Shown piece by piece: positions 56,604 to 60,797 of a DNA stretch of 60,797 bases. The notes beneath the pieces were generated by a model. That model did no database searches. It was given only the letters and a program-made list of their open reading frames with translations, and was not told the DNA's origin. The stretch comes from a virus (lineage: Duplodnaviria; Caudoviricetes), in the IMG/VR virus record IMGVR_UViG_3300037357_000143, positions 1 to 60,797 of that record; one strand, given 5' to 3'. The first letter of the stretch is position 1, and every line of letters begins with the position of its first letter. Position numbers and translations under genes: made by a program.

Positions 56604-56676
56604 GGGCGCGAAGTATCTATGGCGATACACCCGGCTCCAGACCGGGAGGAGGCGAGTTCGAACCTCGTCGGGCCCA
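56604..56676 (+). tRNA. tRNA-Trp(CCA)
   Basis: CCCGG-CTCCAGA-CCGGG; intronless. Confidence 0.85.
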
Positions 56677-56766
56677 TCGGGGTTATTTCGTTAATGGTGA
56701 CCTTTCTCCCCGATCAAAAGAAATGGAACCTGGAGGCGGTAGCCCGAATGAAAATTCGGGCATTTA

Positions 56767-56842
56767 GGGATTGTGGTCTAGTCTGGTTTAGGATTGGGCG
56801 TTTGGAACGCTTAGGTCGCTGGTTCGAATCCAGCCAATCCCA
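56767..56842 (+). tRNA. tRNA-Pro(UGG)
   Basis: loop TTTGGAA; canonical T arm. Confidence 0.9.
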
Positions 56843-56846
56843 TTTG

Positions 56847-56946
56847 TGGTTCAGTGTAAGTCTTATATTAAAACAATGACTTCCTCGGAGAGGTTGGAGA
56901 AGAATATGAGCATTATGAGGGGATGGTTCAAATCCATCCGCCACTC
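56847..56946 (+). ncRNA. tRNA-like RNA (acceptor + T arm, no D arm)
   Basis: GATGG-TTCAAAT-CCATC T arm; GTGGT/GCCAC pairing; long internal stem. Confidence 0.45.
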
Positions 56947-56955
56947 AATCATAAT

Positions 56956-57028
56956 GGCGCATGTAGTGTAACGGTTAGCACTCGAGGTTGTGATCCTCGC
57001 AGACGGAGCTCATCTCTCCGCTTGTGCC
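56956..57028 (+). tRNA. tRNA-His(GUG)
   Basis: CGAGG-TTGTGAT-CCTCG; encoded G-1 opposite C73; atypical T loop. Confidence 0.8.
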
Positions 57029-57037
57029 CTCAATATA

Positions 57038-57109
57038 GAGCCGATAGCTTAACAGGGAAAGTCTGTCGCTGAAGACGGCAAGTCGGTGGTTCAAGTCCTC
57101 CTCGGCTCA
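57038..57109 (+). tRNA. tRNA-Phe(GAA)
   Basis: TGTCG-CTGAAGA-CGGCA. Confidence 0.85.
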
Positions 57110-57133
57110 TTAGGTGATGATTATGAAATAATC

Positions 57134-57298
57134 ATGAAAATCTGTAAAAATTGTAATGGCGAAGGGATTATTAGGATCCCAAGAAGAAAGTATGTTATAA
57201 AACCAGAGCTAGACCCTTGGGATTATAGTGGATATTTTAACGGTAGAAGTTATCATATGAGAGTTTGTAAAAATTGTAATGGTAAAGGTGAAATATGA
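57134..57298 (+). CDS. DnaJ-type zinc-finger protein
   Basis: two CKNCNGxG motifs. Confidence 0.65.
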   Translation: MKICKNCNGEGIIRIPRRKYVIKPELDPWDYSGYFNGRSYHMRVCKNCNGKGEI

Positions 57299-57612
57299 GT
57301 AACTGGGAAATACATAAAGACAATTTTATTTACTGTTTGGCTAATAAAATATTTGAATTGAGGCCATGTGACATTGAATCTATTAACTTTGGATATTTCA
57401 GGGTAAATTTTGATAATTTAGATGAAGTGCAAAAGATATATATAGATGAAATTGAATTAAAGGTAAATGATTTTCATTTAGATGAATATGATTTTAAAGT
57501 TAATGGTGACTTGTCATTATCTGGTGTTCGTGTTGAGCAAATCTATTCATCTGATGGTGAATTAAGGATTACGTTGTATGATAAATTAGGAAATACATGG
57601 GAGATATATTGA
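57295..57612 (+). CDS. hypothetical protein
   Basis: GGTGA RBS. Confidence 0.7.
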   Translation: MSNWEIHKDNFIYCLANKIFELRPCDIESINFGYFRVNFDNLDEVQKIYIDEIELKVNDFHLDEYDFKVNGDLSLSGVRVEQIYSSDGELRITLYDKLGNTWEIY

Positions 57613-57813
57613 ATGAAATTGCCTTCAAAATATAAAATAGATTTGCCGGATATTCCAATAATCGAAAGTCATTTTAGAGATTCTGTTGTGTGTGCAGCTT
57701 GCCACCAATATATATTGGTCGAGAAGAATAATAATTTTACAAACGAAAAACATATATATCATTATGCAGAGATGATTGGTTATGATAGTAGATCTATTAA
57801 AAGGAAAAATTGA
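57613..57813 (+). CDS. hypothetical protein
   Basis: coupled ORF. Confidence 0.5.
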   Translation: MKLPSKYKIDLPDIPIIESHFRDSVVCAACHQYILVEKNNNFTNEKHIYHYAEMIGYDSRSIKRKN

Positions 57814-58093
57814 AGATGAAGATAAAATCTATGGTTGTCTTTATGAGGTTCTTAGACCATGTTGTAACGATATGGATATTGGTTTAAAGTATCATCACAT
57901 TATAAGTAGTGGCATTGAAATGGAGATTCCTGACCATGAAGATAATGATTTTACTAAGCCAATTGAAGGTGGTTTAACTATATCTCATTGTCCTTGGTGT
58001 GGAGAAATAATTGCATGTCTTAACCCTTGGACCCCATTTAGAACGGCTGACATGCTTGATAAATTAGCACCAAAATCGTGTTTCTGGTTGTGA
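57776..58093 (+). CDS. zinc-binding hypothetical protein
   Basis: CC...HCPWCG. Confidence 0.65.
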   Translation: MVMIVDLLKGKIEDEDKIYGCLYEVLRPCCNDMDIGLKYHHIISSGIEMEIPDHEDNDFTKPIEGGLTISHCPWCGEIIACLNPWTPFRTADMLDKLAPKSCFWL

Positions 58094-58584
58094 TTAAAAT
58101 GGTTAAAATCCAATGTGAAAGTTGTAAAGAATTTAGAGAAGATACTATAATATGGAGACATGGAAATTATTGCCCAGATTGTAGTTTTGAGGATTATGAT
58201 ATGATAAAGGAGGAAAAAATGATTAAACCTTACCCTTATGAAGCGTATAGAAAAGCATTTAATTTAATGGTGGATGAAGCTGCCGAAATGTTTGACTTAT
58301 ATGAAGGAGATAAATTTACGATTGGATTTAATGCTTATGCTCCTTGGCAATTATTATACCTACAAGACGGTAATTGGCAACCAACAATTCGAATGTATGA
58401 AGATGATGATAACTTTAAATATTTTTGGGAGATGGCATATAGTGCAACACCTGCTTATGGGTGCTATTTAACTCTCAAAAAAGGAGATAGTCATTTTACT
58501 GAATTTCATGGAGAACGTTGTTATGCTAAGAATAAATATTTTGAATTTATGCCAACATTTATGTTAGAAAATAAAAGTGATTGA
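58078..58584 (+). CDS. hypothetical protein with N-terminal zinc finger
   Basis: CxxC...CxxC; start probably about 58099. Confidence 0.65.
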   Translation: MFLVVIKMVKIQCESCKEFREDTIIWRHGNYCPDCSFEDYDMIKEEKMIKPYPYEAYRKAFNLMVDEAAEMFDLYEGDKFTIGFNAYAPWQLLYLQDGNWQPTIRMYEDDDNFKYFWEMAYSATPAYGCYLTLKKGDSHFTEFHGERCYAKNKYFEFMPTFMLENKSD

Positions 58585-58750
58585 AAATGGATATTGATAA
58601 ATTCATTCTCCCTTATTTCTTTGGTAATCCTGATTGGGATTGTGAAATGGAAGTAAAAGAAGGGAAAAATGATTACGATATTGATATTAATTTTACTTTT
58701 ATTAAAAGAACACCAATTAAAACAATAGAATGCACAATTATAATAGAATA

Positions 58751-58822
58751 GGGCTTATGGTGTAACAGAGAGCATTTAAGCCTTCGAAGCTTACGATCGG
58801 GGTGCAATTCCCCGTAAGCCTA
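58751..58822 (+). tRNA. tRNA-Arg(UCG)
   Basis: TAAGC-CTTCGAA-GCTTA. Confidence 0.85.
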
Positions 58823-58825
58823 TTT

Positions 58826-58897
58826 GCCTCTATGACTGAATGGTAAGGTGCGTGGCTGCAAACCACGATTTCACAGGTTCGATTCCTGTTGGAGGCT
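58826..58897 (+). tRNA. tRNA-Cys(GCA)
   Basis: CGTGG-CTGCAAA-CCACG; U73. Confidence 0.9.
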
Positions 58898-58901
58898 TTA
58901 T

Positions 58902-58975
58902 GGATGTATGGGGTAGTTTGGTAGCCTACTGTTCTGATATAGCAGTCGTCGGCGGTTCGAATCCGTCTACATCCA
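58902..58975 (+). tRNA. tRNA-Ile(GAU)
   Basis: CTGTT-CTGATAT-AGCAG. Confidence 0.88.
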
Positions 58976-58979
58976 TTTA

Positions 58980-59054
58980 GGACGCTTAGCTTAGTTTGGT
59001 TAAAGCTGCGGGCTCATAACCCGACGATCGCCGATTCAAATTCGGTAGTGTCCA
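58980..59054 (+). tRNA. tRNA-CAU (Met or Ile2)
   Basis: CGGG-CTCATAA-CCCG. Confidence 0.82.
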
Positions 59055-59056
59055 TT

Positions 59057-59223
59057 GCCGAGGTGGTGGAGTGGTTTATCATGCCGGACTGCTAAGGTGA
59101 AAGAGTATTATTGAGTAGGCGGCCTTGACGAAGGGTTTAGCTCTTAATTAACGCTTTTTTCACACCGCGGATATCCGGTGCTTTCCTTTAGGGAAGCCAT
59201 AGGTTCGAATCCTATTCTCGGCG
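59057..59223 (+). tRNA. tRNA-Ser(GCU) with 78-nt intron (59095-59172) at position 37/38
   Basis: canonical bulge-helix-bulge: bulges TA^A and AT^A, helix CTGC/GCGG; long variable arm; G73. Confidence 0.88.
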
Positions 59224-59225
59224 TT

Positions 59226-59471
59226 ATGAAAACAACATCAGAAGCATTTGAAAAATTAAATGAATCTATACGTGAATTAGGAAGAGCAATGTTTGAAGAT
59301 ATAGGGTATATTTTATGTGAATCTTCTTTTCGAATAGAAGTGGATGATAAATATTATAATGATAATCTTGACCTTATAAATAATTGTCCTTTATTCATAA
59401 AATTTAAAATATGGTTATCATGGAAATTATATCACTATGGGTGTGAATTCTATGGTAAAGGAATAGAATAA
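59226..59471 (+). CDS. hypothetical protein within the tRNA array
   Basis: ATG immediately after tRNA-Ser. Confidence 0.55.
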   Translation: MKTTSEAFEKLNESIRELGRAMFEDIGYILCESSFRIEVDDKYYNDNLDLINNCPLFIKFKIWLSWKLYHYGCEFYGKGIE

Positions 59472-59475
59472 TATA

Positions 59476-59558
59476 GCCGGCTTGACAGAGTGGTAATGTG
59501 ATGGATTGGAAATCCATGCTTCTTCGGGAGCTCGCTGGTCCGAATCCAGCAGTCGGCG
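59476..59558 (+). tRNA. tRNA-Ser(GGA)
   Basis: ATGGA-TTGGAAA-TCCAT; long variable arm. Confidence 0.85.
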
Positions 59559-59560
59559 TT

Positions 59561-59649
59561 GCGTCGGTGCTAGAATCAGGTTAATAGGCTCGGCTTGAGA
59601 CCGAGAGCCTCGTAAAAAGGGCATCCAGGTTCGAATCCTGGTCGGCGCG
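59561..59649 (+). tRNA. tRNA-Ser(UGA)
   Basis: CTCGG-CTTGAGA-CCGAG; long variable arm; G73. Confidence 0.82.
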
Positions 59650-59658
59650 TTTAAATTT

Positions 59659-59730
59659 TCCCTCGTAGCATAATGGAATTGCTTTCGACTTCTAATCGAA
59701 CGAATGGGGGTTCGAATCCCCTCGAGGGAG
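59659..59730 (+). tRNA. tRNA-Arg(UCU)
   Basis: TTCGA-CTTCTAA-TCGAA. Confidence 0.88.
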
Positions 59731-59734
59731 CTTA

Positions 59735-59807
59735 GCGACCTTAGTTTAACTGGTTAAAACTCCTCATTGCCAATGAGAAGATTTGGGTTCGAGTCCCAGA
59801 GGTTGCA
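59735..59807 (+). tRNA. tRNA-Gly(GCC)
   Basis: CTCA-TTGCCAA-TGAG; GCG start. Confidence 0.85.
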
Positions 59808-59808
59808 T

Positions 59809-59988
59809 ATGTTTGCTATATTGATAGATGGTAAAAATGAATTACTCGAATTAATTGACGATGAAAATTGGGAACTCCATGATTTAATTATTTCCAATGA
59901 CAAATGGTATTATATATTAGATATTGAAAAACTAAGTGAAAATACTGTTAGATATAAAGTCGAAAAAATAGAAAGAGAGAGAAAATGA
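59809..59988 (+). CDS. hypothetical protein
   Basis: ATG right after tRNA-Gly; ORF-track start lies inside the tRNA. Confidence 0.55.
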   Translation: MFAILIDGKNELLELIDDENWELHDLIISNDKWYYILDIEKLSENTVRYKVEKIERERK

Positions 59989-60341
59989 GATTTAGAATGA
60001 GTGATAAACCATTTTCATTTAGAAAAGGGGATACTATCTGGACTTACGATCATTGGTCTATCTATATGATTGATGAGAATGAAGAAAATGTTTTGGATCG
60101 AGAAAAACTTGTGGCTGTATTTATTGGAGGCGATAGGTTTGGAGAGACCCCAAAAGACCTTGCTCCTTTACTTGCTGGCGATTATTGTGAATTTTTGAAC
60201 TCCAAATATTTAGACAAAGAAATGAACGCCGAGTGGGGTAAAGTAGATGTCGAGGCAAGGATTAAATATCATGAGGAGCAAATAAAAATATTAAAGACTG
60301 GAGAATATTATTGGAACAAAAATGGGGACGGAGTAGAATAA
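59985..60341 (+). CDS. hypothetical protein
   Basis: ATGA-coupled ORF. Confidence 0.7.
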   Translation: MRFRMSDKPFSFRKGDTIWTYDHWSIYMIDENEENVLDREKLVAVFIGGDRFGETPKDLAPLLAGDYCEFLNSKYLDKEMNAEWGKVDVEARIKYHEEQIKILKTGEYYWNKNGDGVE

Positions 60342-60368
60342 GTGAAAGTTCAGGGAAGATTTAAACAA

Positions 60369-60441
60369 GCGTGATTAGTGACAATGGTTAACACCCGACG
60401 CTTCCAACGTCGGAATAGGAGTTCAAATCTCCGTGAGGGCA
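60369..60441 (+). pseudogene. tRNA-Gly(UCC)-like sequence with unpaired acceptor stem
   Basis: D, anticodon and T arms intact; GCGTGAT/TGAGGGC mostly mismatched. Confidence 0.6.
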
Positions 60442-60481
60442 TTTATGATATGTACAAAATGTAAAGGAAGAGGTGAAATAA

Positions 60482-60721
60482 TTGATGCGTATGGGTTTTA
60501 GAAGACCAGCATTGAATGTAAAACAAACATTTATTCCCAATGGGCGTTTAAAACAGTTTATTGAGCCAAATAAAAGGTTGGAGAAAGAAGAAATGGCAAG
60601 AGTACCAATACATTGTAAATTATGTGGATATTATGGAAATATAATTGTTAAAGAAAGATTCCGTAATGGTGTTTTATATTATTGTCATGAATGTGATGAA
60701 GATTTTGTAAGAGAAAGTTAA
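60482..60721 (+). CDS. zinc-ribbon protein
   Basis: CKLCG...CHEC; GAGGTGA RBS. Confidence 0.65.
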   Translation: MMRMGFRRPALNVKQTFIPNGRLKQFIEPNKRLEKEEMARVPIHCKLCGYYGNIIVKERFRNGVLYYCHECDEDFVRES

Positions 60722-60724
60722 TTT

Positions 60725-60795
60725 GCGTCTTTGGTCTAATGGTATGATACAGGGCTTCCAACTCTGTGATGGGGGATCGTTACCCTCAAGACGCA
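60725..60795 (+). tRNA. tRNA-Gly(UCC)
   Basis: CAGGG-CTTCCAA-CTCTG; perfect acceptor stem. Confidence 0.85.
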
Positions 60796-60797
60796 TT

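Noticed and set aside
55174-59624. ORFs 55174, 55882, 56543, 56619, 56714 and 59427
   Set aside because: They overlap tRNA genes; open only because of locally higher GC.

Overview
AT-rich, gene-dense 60.8 kb segment that most likely comes from a large virus (or virus-like extrachromosomal element) of an anaerobic archaeon, probably a methanogen. Support for an archaeal host: GGTGA/GGAGG ribosome-binding sites, BRE-TATA promoters, an archaeal-type primase, an XPF/ERCC4 nuclease, an archaeal-type thymidylate synthase, a class III RNR, tRNAs with archaeal identity elements and a tRNA intron with a perfect bulge-helix-bulge. No capsid, portal or large terminase gene was recognised, so 'virus' is an inference. 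Layout: (1) 1-13.6 kb, an array of small, mostly acidic early-type ORFs; (2) 14.55-15.3 kb, a symmetric non-coding locus (about 88 bp inverted repeats, palindromic operators, divergent promoters, adjacent RHH gene), a candidate replication origin; (3) 16.9-21.2 kb, an atypical radical SAM/SPASM enzyme followed by two otherwise unrelated proteins sharing an identical N-terminal DFVTNSSSTCY motif (best candidate for an uncharacterised protein-modification system), then a SNF2 ATPase; (4) 30-52.5 kb, replication and nucleotide metabolism: MCM-like ATPase, RecA/Sak4-like ATPase, ThyA, a bacterial-type DnaE split into UDG-PHP and core genes, PD-(D/E)XK nuclease, PriS-PriL fusion, XPF, NrdD and several homing endonucleases; (5) a complete IS200/IS605 element with a catalytically rearranged TnpB; (6) about 25 tRNA genes covering 19 amino acids plus several aberrant tRNA-like RNAs. 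All assignments come from motif reading by eye; no searches were run.
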